In this document: in pieces, positions 50,581-60,236 of the stretch | Layout of the letters: each line of letters begins with the position of its first letter | Numbering within the stretch: position 1 is the first letter of the stretch | Origin: an uncultured Chroococcidiopsis sp. | GTDB lineage: Bacteria; Cyanobacteriota; Cyanobacteriia; Cyanobacteriales; Chroococcidiopsidaceae | NCBI GenBank assembly: GCA_964248365.1 | Contig: CAXTYC010000008.1 | Location: forward strand, 1-64,000 | Reading direction: 5' to 3' | Length of the DNA: 64,000 nucleotides | Notes under the pieces: model-generated | The model's input: only the letters and a program-made list of their open reading frames with translations | Databases searched by the model: none | Told to the model about the DNA's origin: nothing | Made by a program: the position numbers and the translations under genes

Positions 50581-50783
50581 TTAGAATTTGTCGTGCTGCA
50601 TAGATTTATGATGATAGTGTCGCGCAAAGACGCAAAGTTAAATTTCTAGATCATCTACTAACAGCCCTCTGCCAAATACAGTATTTAGCAATTTATTTTG
50701 AAATATTGGTGTAGGAACCTCCTACCTGCACATGAACCAAAAATCATATACCACAACTGCTGATATTTTATTTTTAAAGGCAG

Positions 50784-52517
50784 ATGTTTAATTATCGATT
50801 TAAGAACAATTATTTCACCTGGCTGCGGATTTTGCTAGTAACTATATTGGTGCTAGGTGTATTTTTTCGCTTAGTTAATCTTGATCGCAAAGTTTACTGG
50901 TATGATGAAGGATTCACCTCTTTACGAGTTGGTGGCTACACTATCCCAGAAGTAGTTCAATCTTTCAATGGGCAAGTAATTAGTGTCGCAGATTTTCGTA
51001 ATAAGTATTTAAGCCCTAACTCTGAAAGAGGTTTTTTCGGTACTATAAAGTCTTTGGCAGTAGAAGATCCGCAACATCCGCCACTGTATTATTTAATGGC
51101 ACACTTGTGGATGCAATGGTTTGGTAATTCAGTGGCGGCGATTAGAAGTTTACCCGCTTTTATTAGTTTACTAGTATTCCCCTGTGCCTTTTGGCTATGT
51201 CTAGAATTATTTAATTCTCCCCTTACAGGATGGATAGCAGTTGCAGTAATAGCTGTCTCACCGTTTCATGTCCTATTTGCTCAAGAAGCACGAGAGTATA
51301 GTTTGTGGACTGTAATGATCTTGCTATCAAGTGCAACACTATTGCAAGCGCTCCGAGTCAAAACTGTCTATAGTTGGGGAATTTATGCATTAACTTTAAC
51401 ATTATCACTTTATTCATTTCTGTTTTCTGCTTTTGTTGCTCTTGGACATGGAATTTATGTTATAGGTACTGAAAGCTTCCGCTTAAGTAAAACAGTTATT
51501 GCTTATTTAGGGGCAACAGTTATAGGATTTATAGCTTTTCTACCTTGGATTTGGGTTGTTATTAAGAACTATGAGCGGCTCAATGATTCCACGTCTTGGA
51601 TGACTGAGGCTAAAATCCCTTTATTACAGCTAGCTAATTTATGGGCTAAGAATATCGGTATTATTTTCTTTAAATCTACCCAGTTTGACAATATTTTTTT
51701 GTTACTTATTTTAAGTATAATAGGCTATTCTATTGATTTTATTTGTCCTTACAGTTCAAAAAGGATTTGGTTATTTATTATAACTTTATTTGGAGTTCCA
51801 GCCCTAGCTTTAATTATTCCTGATTTAATTTATGGGGGACAAAGATCAGTTATGGCTCGATTTTTGATTCCCTGTTATTTAAGTATTGAGCTAGCTATTT
51901 CTTATTTAATTGCTACAGGTATTACGCCTAACCCAAAAATAGTTTTAACGAACCGCCAAGTCGCCAAGAACGCCAAGTCAGGAACAAAAAGAAAATTTCA
52001 ATTTTTGTCAAGGTTTTATGTTAATAAGATTACTTTTAAGCAGATTCGGATAAGGCAACAGCAGTTTTGGTTACTTGTGATGATTGTAATATTTACAGGG
52101 GGGGTGATTTCTTCTGCTATCTTCACTGAATCAGAGGTTCCCTGGACTAAGTTAAAAAACTATAATGACTACAAAGTTGCTCGGATGATTAATGGGGCTA
52201 GCAGTCCGCTTGTGGTTGTTAGTAACTATCAAAGTCGTTACGATTCCAATGTTAGTTATTTATTTTCTTTTAGTCATTTACTTGATGCAAAAGTTAAACT
52301 TCAATTAGTGAATGGAAAAGATATACCCCAGATTCCTAATGGCTATAGTGATGTGTTTTTATATAATCCTTGCGCCCAAGCATCTAAGCAGGGAATAGAG
52401 CAAGAATTTCAAGTATTATTGTCTGAGTTGGAGCAAGAACAAAATTACAAAGCAGAACCTGTAAAAATTTCTCAACCTATATTGCTTTGGCATTTAGCGA
52501 GGAGCAAAAAAATTTGA
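50784..52517 (+). CDS. GT-C (GT39/PMT-like) membrane glycosyltransferase
   Basis: YWYDE, HPPLYY, AQEAREYSL; many TMs. Confidence 0.85.
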   Translation: MFNYRFKNNYFTWLRILLVTILVLGVFFRLVNLDRKVYWYDEGFTSLRVGGYTIPEVVQSFNGQVISVADFRNKYLSPNSERGFFGTIKSLAVEDPQHPPLYYLMAHLWMQWFGNSVAAIRSLPAFISLLVFPCAFWLCLELFNSPLTGWIAVAVIAVSPFHVLFAQEAREYSLWTVMILLSSATLLQALRVKTVYSWGIYALTLTLSLYSFLFSAFVALGHGIYVIGTESFRLSKTVIAYLGATVIGFIAFLPWIWVVIKNYERLNDSTSWMTEAKIPLLQLANLWAKNIGIIFFKSTQFDNIFLLLILSIIGYSIDFICPYSSKRIWLFIITLFGVPALALIIPDLIYGGQRSVMARFLIPCYLSIELAISYLIATGITPNPKIVLTNRQVAKNAKSGTKRKFQFLSRFYVNKITFKQIRIRQQQFWLLVMIVIFTGGVISSAIFTESEVPWTKLKNYNDYKVARMINGASSPLVVVSNYQSRYDSNVSYLFSFSHLLDAKVKLQLVNGKDIPQIPNGYSDVFLYNPCAQASKQGIEQEFQVLLSELEQEQNYKAEPVKISQPILLWHLARSKKI

Positions 52518-52587
52518 TATATGGTGGTGCGTTACGGCGAGGACCTAACGCACCCTACTCAAACAATTAATAATTGATAATTGATTA

Positions 52588-53211
52588 TTATGCGGCTTTT
52601 TCTGTTGATACCAGGTTTACTAGAGTGGAGGCGATCACCTTTAGGGGAAGAACGAGATCTACTTTCCCTGTGGCAATTGCAGCCTTGGGCATATCGAAAC
52701 ACTCAGAAGTCGCTTCATCAGAGGCGATCGCTATGCCGCCATGCTTTTTAATTGCTAGCACCCCTAGAACGCCATCAGTTTGTTTACCTGTGAGAACAAT
52801 GCCGATCGCCCGTGCTTTGCAACTGGTAGCTACCGATTCGAACAGCACATTAGCACAGGGGCGAGTAAAGTTTACTTTTGCCGCATCTGAGAGAAACAGC
52901 TTACCGTTTGGGTTGACTATTAGGTGCTTATTAGGAACGGCAGTGTAAACTGTACCCGGACGTAATATTTCCCCTGACTGTGCGTGCTTAACTCGCAAAG
53001 CCGTGCGGCTACTCAAAATCTCAGGCAGATAGCTGGGACAATGAGCATACATATGCTTGACGATGATAATAGCTGCCGGAAAATCTGACGGCAAGGCAGA
53101 CAGAATCTCGATAATGGCTTGCTGCCCACCCCACGAAGCCGCGATCGCTACTACATTATACGCAACGTTGGGAAAGTGAGACAGGATTTTGTGTTCGAGT
53201 TTGCTTGTCAC
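52588..53211 (-). CDS. Stand-alone CheB methylesterase domain
   Basis: AASWGG (Ser), VKHM (His), LTG..TDG (Asp), DMPKAAI; no receiver domain. Confidence 0.85.
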   Translation of the reverse strand: MTSKLEHKILSHFPNVAYNVVAIAASWGGQQAIIEILSALPSDFPAAIIIVKHMYAHCPSYLPEILSSRTALRVKHAQSGEILRPGTVYTAVPNKHLIVNPNGKLFLSDAAKVNFTRPCANVLFESVATSCKARAIGIVLTGKQTDGVLGVLAIKKHGGIAIASDEATSECFDMPKAAIATGKVDLVLPLKVIASTLVNLVSTEKAA

Positions 53212-53414
53212 GTTTTTTCTTATTCAATGGTTCGCCCTGGCTCACCCTGGTGGCGTACAAAGTAAAACGCTTATGTAAGCTACCTGACATATATATATTA
53301 ACACTATATCTCAGGTAGCTGACATAAATTCTTTACAACTAAGTCAACCTTTCGCCAGAAGTCGAAGACCAATGTTGTGAGTTATTGATTTAGATCAGAC
53401 CGATTCAAAAAGGC

Positions 53415-54137
53415 TTGGTGATCGACCTGTCAAAATCTCGTAAGAAGAGTGAAAATCGACTTTTAGCTGCTTTGCCCAAGGAGGAATACGAACGTCTTGT
53501 GGCTAACATGGAGAGTGTTTCCTTGAAGTTCAAGCAAAGCGTCTACGAGCCTAACGAACTGATCGAGTACGTCTATTTCGTCAAGCATGGCGTAGTTTCT
53601 CTACTCAACGTCATGGAAGATGGTAAAGAAGTCGAAGTGGCTACGGTAGGCAATGAAGGAATGGTAGGTCTGCCCGTGTTCCTGGGAGCTGATAGAGTTC
53701 CTGGCAGGGCTTTTTCCCAGGTTCCTGGTGATGCTTTCAGGATGAAGGCAAATGTATTTAAAGACATAGTTACCCCAGGTAGTCCGCTTCATGATTTGCT
53801 GCAACGCTACACACAAGCGCTGTTTAACCAAATCGCGCAAGGATCAGCCTGCAACAGTCTGCACTCAGTAGAAGAGCGAATGTGCCGCTGGCTGCTGATG
53901 ACTCAAGACCGAGTGGGACAAGACGAGTTTCCGCTTACCCAAGAGTTCCTCGGTCAAATGCTGGCTGTGCGCCGCCCCACTGTTAGTATGGCAGCCTCCA
54001 TTCTTCAAAAAGCGGGGCTGATTTGCTACAGTCGAGGCAAAATCACAATCCTCAATCGGGAAGGTTTGAAAGATTCATGCTGCGAGTGTTATGCGATCGT
54101 CAAAGCGGAGTTTGACCGTTTGGTCGGCGGCGATTGA
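53415..54137 (+). CDS. Crp/Fnr family transcriptional regulator
   Basis: ENRLLAALP, VGNEGMVG, ERMCRWLL, LTQEFLGQMLAVRRPTV. Confidence 0.9.
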   Translation: MVIDLSKSRKKSENRLLAALPKEEYERLVANMESVSLKFKQSVYEPNELIEYVYFVKHGVVSLLNVMEDGKEVEVATVGNEGMVGLPVFLGADRVPGRAFSQVPGDAFRMKANVFKDIVTPGSPLHDLLQRYTQALFNQIAQGSACNSLHSVEERMCRWLLMTQDRVGQDEFPLTQEFLGQMLAVRRPTVSMAASILQKAGLICYSRGKITILNREGLKDSCCECYAIVKAEFDRLVGGD

Positions 54138-54320
54138 GCTTATAGCTAGTAGAACTAATGAAGTATGAAGTATGAAGTGTGAAGTGTGTACGCGCAGCGG
54201 AGTCCGTAGGCTAGGAGTTGTGGAGTCAGAAGAGAGAATATTTAATTGTTTCCCTTTCCCCTTTTCCCTTTTACCTTTCCCCTTTATCCTTTATCCTTCA
54301 ACCTTTAAGCTTCAACCTTT

Positions 54321-54494
54321 AACTTAGATCTTGCACCTACTTTTTCGTCCGCCTAGAAATTTATTTCTAGGCTCAAAGCTTAACTAAGCTAAAGCTTACT
54401 GGATACATATTTGAGTGGGTTAAAACCCACTTGGGCTATAAGCCTTGAACTTCAGTTCAAGGCGTACGAGAGGGCGAGGTGCAAGATTTGAGTT
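54321..54494. mobile_element. Multi-hairpin MITE/REP composite, copy 2
   Basis: 18-bp TIR with 2 mismatches; interrupts a ttcaacctttaagc tandem repeat with TTAA at both junctions. Confidence 0.75.
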
Positions 54495-54584
54495 AAGCTT
54501 CAACCTTTTCCCTTCATCCTCGCCACTGCGCCTCTACAAACGTGGTTGAGCTAAACTGAACCGTATTAACTCAACACTCACCCG

Positions 54585-55511
54585 ATGAACATAGAAACCC
54601 TGAGTTCCTTACTTAGTGATACCCTACGGGCGGCTACACCTCTAGTTTTGGCAGCACTGGGAGAATTGGTATCAGAAAAAGCAGGAGTGTTAAATCTTGG
54701 AGTTGAGGGGATGATGCTAGTGGGGGCGGTATCTGGCTTTATCGCCGCCTCGCTGACAGGTAATATTTATTTGGGGTTAATCATGGCAATAGTGGCGGGG
54801 ATAGCGATCGCCCTGATCCACGCCGTACTAACCATTAGTTTGGCTGCAAACCAAGTCGCAACAGGTTTGGCTTTAACTATTTTTGGTTCTGGGTTGAGTG
54901 CATTTATCGGGGAAGGCTATGTAGGTAAAACAATCACTGGTTTACAACCGATTGGCATTCCTATCTTAAAATCAATTCCCTTAGTTGGTAGTACCGTCTT
55001 CAACCAAGATATTTTGGTTTATGCTTCAGTTGCTTTAGTAATTCTGGTATGGTGGTTTCTGCGATCCTCCAGATCCGGATTAGTGTTACGCAGTATTGGC
55101 GAATCTCCAGATTCTGCCGATGCTTTGGGATTACCCGTGACGCGAATGCGGTATCTAGCCGTCTTGTTTGGTGGGGCATTGGCTGGGTTAGCGGGTGCTT
55201 ATTTATCCCTGGCGTATACACCGCTATGGGCTGAGAATATGTCATCTGGTAGGGGATGGATAGCGATCGCTCTAGTTGTCTTCGCTACCTGGAAACCAGA
55301 ACGTATTCTTCTGGGTGCTTACTTATTTGGTGGAGTTAGTGCAATTAGTCTAGTTTTGCAAGCAATAGGGGTAAATGTCTCCCCGTATCTTTTATCTTCC
55401 TTGCCCTATCTAGCTACAATCTTGGTACTAGTGTTAATTTCCAAGGACGAGAGACACATTCAGTTAGGCGCACCTGCTTCTTTGGGACAGCCTTTTCGTC
55501 CAAGTCATTAA
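54585..55511 (+). CDS. Nucleoside ABC transporter permease 2
   Basis: SEKAGVLNLGVEGMM, GRGWIAIALV, APASLGQP. Confidence 0.9.
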   Translation: MNIETLSSLLSDTLRAATPLVLAALGELVSEKAGVLNLGVEGMMLVGAVSGFIAASLTGNIYLGLIMAIVAGIAIALIHAVLTISLAANQVATGLALTIFGSGLSAFIGEGYVGKTITGLQPIGIPILKSIPLVGSTVFNQDILVYASVALVILVWWFLRSSRSGLVLRSIGESPDSADALGLPVTRMRYLAVLFGGALAGLAGAYLSLAYTPLWAENMSSGRGWIAIALVVFATWKPERILLGAYLFGGVSAISLVLQAIGVNVSPYLLSSLPYLATILVLVLISKDERHIQLGAPASLGQPFRPSH

Positions 55512-55659
55512 TAAATGTTTCACGCAAAGACGCAAAGGCGCAAAGAAGAAAGAAAGAAAGTAGGGTAAGCATTGCCCACCACACAATTTGAATTTAATCT
55601 CAAGCATTGCCCACCACACAATTTAAACCGACTTTATTTAATCTCAAGAATATCTACGA

Positions 55660-56385
55660 AGAAATAAGGCGGGTTCATACTCATTTTTATCGCACTATTC
55701 TTTGACCTTATTTTCAATCATAGCTACTTCTTCTCTAGATAGATCTTCTTGCCATCTTCCCACCTTAGCTGAACCGATATGATTCATGTGTAGCAAGCTT
55801 TCTTCATCGTGATAATCAACAATACTCCTATCTTTGTCTTCATGAACATGAGGCATTTTTAGCTACTTTTCTTTGAATTGTTCCATTCGGTTTTTTTGAA
55901 GTTCTAATGTGTATTCCCCCGCAACTTGATGGCAATAATCTGAATTAATATTAATTTTAAGATGTTGGGCTTGCTCAACTTCCATCCTAATATTCTCTAC
56001 TACATCCTCATATTTGGAAATCTGGACTTTTGGTAAGCTAGTCCACTGTTTATAGTTATCTAAACAACGTTCTATCAAGCCTTCTTGCCAAAAATAATTA
56101 AAAGTTTTTAATCTTTGTTTCATGTAGGAAATATATACATCCCGAATATCCCTGAATATATATACACCCATTGTAAAATTCTGAGCTAATTGCTTCACTA
56201 CAAATATGAACTTTACAAACCTTTAATCCACTATGATTAACAGATTTATTTCGTACCTCTGGAAACCGTTTCCAATCTATCCAACCGATTTGCTCACCCA
56301 AGCCAGCATCTTTGACAAGCCGAGTTGCGATTTGAAACTGTAAAGTTGAAGCAGAACGATACATACCACAACAAAAAATCCACAT
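55660..56385 (-). pseudogene. Sulfotransferase-domain pseudogene
   Basis: GMYRSASTL PAPS loop, VCKVH, IFRDIRD, KVGRWQEDL; frameshift ~56180 and in-frame TAG at 55863-65. Confidence 0.75.
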
Positions 56386-56424
56386 AAATTCTCCAGGCGC
56401 TTATCTCAAAATCATGCTATAAAA

Positions 56425-56970
56425 TTAATATTTGGGAATAAAACCTCTAGTAGAGAAATATTTTAAAACTTTTTCAACGCACTGATTAACAGTCTCTTCG
56501 TGAGGTTTGAGAATCACATCTGGATTTAAAGGTGCTTCATAAGGAGATGAAATTCCTGTAAATTCAGCAATTTCCCCAGCTATAGCTTTTTTGTACAAAC
56601 CCTTTACATCCCTTTCTATACAAATTTCTAAGGGGGTGTCTACGTAAATTTCTATAAAATTTGGCAGATAACTCCTCAGTTTTTCACGGGAATATCGAGC
56701 AGGAGAAATTAAAGATACAATGGTACTTACACCATGTTTATTCAAAAGTTTACAAACAAAGCTAACTCTCTCAATATTACTATTTCGATCGGCGCGAGAA
56801 AAACCTAATTTTTTAGAAAGATTGGTGCGTATTAGATCACCATCTAGTTGCTCATAAGGAACTAATAACTCATTCAAAGTTTTAGCAATTCCTACTGCTA
56901 TTGTAGATTTGCCTGCTCCTGAGAGTCCAGTCAACCAGCAAGTGAAACCGAATCCTTTGAAGCTACTCAT
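56425..56970 (-). CDS. cysC: Adenylyl-sulfate kinase
   Basis: WLTGLSGAGKST, LDGD, RDVKGLYKKA..GEI..FTGISSPYE. Confidence 0.95.
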   Translation of the reverse strand: MSSFKGFGFTCWLTGLSGAGKSTIAVGIAKTLNELLVPYEQLDGDLIRTNLSKKLGFSRADRNSNIERVSFVCKLLNKHGVSTIVSLISPARYSREKLRSYLPNFIEIYVDTPLEICIERDVKGLYKKAIAGEIAEFTGISSPYEAPLNPDVILKPHEETVNQCVEKVLKYFSTRGFIPKY

Positions 56971-57172
56971 ATTTATTGTTTCAGTTGGCTATATTTTACA
57001 GAATTAGTATATAGTTAGCTAGAACATATCCTACTAACCTAAGCTGGAATTTTCAAAAGCTATGACTGTTAAAGTGTTAATTACAGTACATTAATTTAGT
57101 TTGTTAATTGACAAAAATATTGACAAACTATTTTGACTACAATCGTTGGATATATCTATTTAAAAATAATTT

Positions 57173-57955
57173 ATGTCTAATTTAGATGCAACACCGCTGT
57201 ATGCAATGAACCCGCTAAATCGATTTAGCGATCGCGCAGCGGATTATGTAAAGTATCGACCAAGTTACCCCAGCGTAGCAATTGACAAGATACTAGAGGG
57301 GTGGAGTTCGCCCTCCCAACTTGTAGCAGCGGATATAGGTGCTGGAACAGGGATTTCCTCGCGGCTGCTGGCGCAGCGGGGGGTAAGGGTGATAGCAATT
57401 GAACCAAACCAGCAGATGAGACAAGCAGCACAATCTCATCCTCTGGTGGAGTTTCGAGACGCAACAGCAGAAGCTACTAGTTTAGCTGACACAAGTGTCG
57501 ATCTAGTGGCTTGCTTTCAATCATTTCATTGGTTTAATCCACAGCCTACTTTGTTAGAATTTCATCGCATTGTGAAATCTTCAGGAAGGTTGGCTGTAGT
57601 GTGGAATGAACGAGATCGCCATGATGAATTTACTGCTAACTACACCCAGATCGTCCAAAGAGCCTCAAACAATCATCCAGCAGAACAACGTCGTGTAGCA
57701 GTAGAACCACTTTTAACAAGTCTTTTATTCCCCAATGTCCAGCAATATACATTTGCTTACAGGCAAAATCTAGATTTAGCTGGACTAATTGGTCGTGCTA
57801 TGAGTACCTCATATATACCACGTACAGGGGAGGCACACCAGCAACTGATTTCTAATTTACAGCAATTGTATGAAAGTAATTGCGATCACAATGGTCGTGT
57901 TTACCTGTCCTATCGAACTATAGTATTCATTGTCGAACCAAAACCCAAAGCATAG
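57173..57955 (+). CDS. Class I SAM-dependent methyltransferase
   Basis: YRPSYP, DIGAGTG, QSFHWF. Confidence 0.9.
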   Translation: MSNLDATPLYAMNPLNRFSDRAADYVKYRPSYPSVAIDKILEGWSSPSQLVAADIGAGTGISSRLLAQRGVRVIAIEPNQQMRQAAQSHPLVEFRDATAEATSLADTSVDLVACFQSFHWFNPQPTLLEFHRIVKSSGRLAVVWNERDRHDEFTANYTQIVQRASNNHPAEQRRVAVEPLLTSLLFPNVQQYTFAYRQNLDLAGLIGRAMSTSYIPRTGEAHQQLISNLQQLYESNCDHNGRVYLSYRTIVFIVEPKPKA

Positions 57956-58111
57956 CAACAATCTTTGGTATTTTTTAAATTTATTTATCAAGCTTTTTCA
58001 AGCAATAAATCACTGAAAAATAAAAACTTTTAGTTTATTATCTTTCAGTGATGTTTCAATGATATTTCGATTTAACTACCTAGATTTCGGTAGTTTCTGC
58101 CAATGCTAGAA

Positions 58112-58351
58112 CTATTGTGCGTACGAGGTAGAGGCTGCTAAAGAGGACGCGGTATGATACTTATCGCCAATAGCATTATAAGCACTTGTCACTGCCAAAG
58201 TGGAAGTATTAGCAACTTTCTCACCGAAAGCATCTGCGCTAGCCACAGCATCTGCAAAAGCCTCTTGCTTGGGAAGTGCCAAGCCTCCTTGAATGCTAAT
58301 TTCATCTTCTTCACGAATTTCTTCCAGATAGTCTAGGTTACGAATATCCAT
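58112..58351 (-). CDS. Small Ala/Ser/Thr-rich protein with double-glycine-type leader
   Basis: MDIRNLDYLEEIREEDEISIQGG then low-complexity core; ggaggg RBS upstream. Confidence 0.6.
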   Translation of the reverse strand: MDIRNLDYLEEIREEDEISIQGGLALPKQEAFADAVASADAFGEKVANTSTLAVTSAYNAIGDKYHTASSLAASTSYAQ

Positions 58352-58610
58352 GAAATTTCCCTCCAATTGCAAAAATTTTATTGGGTTTTTACGACCAAAC
58401 TTTTTTATTTGGTCTTATTAACCCTAGCAGCTAATTTTTTTTTAAAACACTAACTTTACATTACTTAATTATTGTTAAAATCCTATAAAAACAGCATATT
58501 TTTATATTTTAATACTGCTATAAAGCTATAAAATGAGTAAGTTAAAATGAAAATTATTTCTAAACTAAACTCTGACAAAAATACTGGTTTTTTAATCTAT
58601 ACATTGGTTG

Positions 58611-58708
58611 TATAGCAAGACGCATTAAGATTAGGACAAATTTACCAAGTAAAGTTGTTGAGCTATAATTCCTTGAAAAAAGCTAATAGCTAATTGCTAA
58701 TTGCTATA
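58611..58708. mobile_element. MITE-like element, copy 2 (TATAGC...GCTATA ends)
   Basis: Homologous to 13146-13252. Confidence 0.65.
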
Positions 58709-58846
58709 CGTTGTGCAAATTACTAATAAAAAATCACCCCTGAGCAATATAGAAATGTAGTCTTATAAAACTCAGGGAGTGAATTTTTAGATTATGCAGT
58801 TAAGGCTTTACTGTTTGCACTAGGGCTATTAACTTGAAATCCTTAG

Positions 58847-59347
58847 CTATGCTGCTGGGGTATTTTCAGTTTGATTCGCTTCTGTTGCAGTTTCAGTTGT
58901 TTGGGTATTGGTATCTGCCAAATTGATTTTTACTACAGAGCTGCGAGCTTCAGCTACTTTGGGCAGAGTTAGGGTGAGAATACCATCCTTGAACTCGGCT
59001 TGCACTTGGTCATTGACCACAGCCACAGGTAGGGGAATCACACGCTGAAATTTGCCATAGCGGAATTCAGTGCGGAACAAGCCTTTATCTTCGGCTTTCT
59101 TTTCATAGCGATGCTCACCTGCGATCGCAACTGCTTTGGGTGTCACCCGAACATCGAGATCTTTTCCTTCAACACCTGGAATCTCTGCCCGTAAAATTAC
59201 GCTATCTTCGGTATCTTTTATTTCAATTGCAGGCTGCCAAGTCAATTGTGATTCGCGGTTTACAGTTGTCATTTCGTCAAAAATTTGATCCATTTGACGA
59301 CGCAGAGTTTCGATTTCTTGGAAGGGTTGCCAACGAATTAGTGCCAT
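58847..59347 (-). CDS. hspA: Hsp20/alpha-crystallin small heat shock protein
   Basis: MALIRWQPF, AEIPG, EFRYGKFQR, FKDGILTLTLPK. Confidence 0.92.
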   Translation of the reverse strand: MALIRWQPFQEIETLRRQMDQIFDEMTTVNRESQLTWQPAIEIKDTEDSVILRAEIPGVEGKDLDVRVTPKAVAIAGEHRYEKKAEDKGLFRTEFRYGKFQRVIPLPVAVVNDQVQAEFKDGILTLTLPKVAEARSSVVKINLADTNTQTTETATEANQTENTPAA

Positions 59348-59731
59348 AATTAGCTCGTATGAAAGTATTTCTTACTACGTTTGATTCACACATCTCTATA
59401 ATGCCGAACCTGTAAAATATCCTCAGTGAGGTAAACCGGATTTATGTAGTGGTAAATACCCAACTTTTAGAGGGGCTAGGGGCTAGAGGCTAGAGGCTAG
59501 GGAGAGGGAAAAGGGAAAAGGGAAAAGGGAATTCATAATTTCTCCTGTGCCCCCCTGCCCCCCTGCTCCCCCAGCTTTCCCTAGCCTCTAGCCCCTAGCC
59601 CCTAGCCCCTTCTTATTACAGAATTTAAAGTTATGTAGCCTTTTGGTGAAGTGGACACAGGCTGTACGGTACACTATGCCTTGATTATGACTCTCAACTA
59701 ACCACAACGCTGACTTTGGAGTCTAGATTCA

Positions 59732-59980
59732 ATGTCTCATACAGTTAAAATCTACGATACCTGCATTGGCTGCACTCAATGCGTCCGAGCTTGCCCAACT
59801 GACGTTTTAGAGATGGTTCCCTGGGACGGCTGTAGAGCTGCTCAGATTGCCTCATCTCCACGCACAGAAGACTGTGTGGGTTGCAAGCGGTGTGAAACTG
59901 CCTGCCCCACCGACTTTTTGAGCATCCGCGTTTACCTAAGCAATGCTGAAACAACTCGCAGTATGGGTTTAGCTTACTGA
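59732..59980 (+). CDS. psaC: Photosystem I iron-sulfur center protein
   Basis: [22 protein letters not shown]...[12 protein letters not shown]. Confidence 0.99.
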   Translation: MSHTVKIYDTCIGCTQCVRACPTDVLEMVPWDGCRAAQIASSPRTEDCVGCKRCETACPTDFLSIRVYLSNAETTRSMGLAY

Positions 59981-60236
59981 GAAGGTGTAGATTTCTCCGC
60001 CTGCGGTGAATTAAACATCGATGGAGTGCAAGTACCATTAGACGATTGCTTTTTCTTAGCTGCTTTTTCTTAGCTGCTTTTTACAATTGGGCTGCAATTG
60101 TCAGGGGGAGAAATTTACTCCCTCTTTTTTTTGCAGAGGTACCGTCCTTGTGCCATAAATGTAGAGATATTTCTAGATTGCGATCGCAATCTAGGGCATA
60201 CCCATAAATTATAAATACTAGCAGGAGTGATATATT

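Noticed and set aside
59426..59464. K-box-like motif upstream of hsp20
   Set aside because: Several mismatches to GTTCGG-NNAN-CCNNAC; too weak to call
60000..60236. glmS ribozyme in glmS leader
   Set aside because: No conserved core recognised; region is explained by psaC terminator-like hairpins
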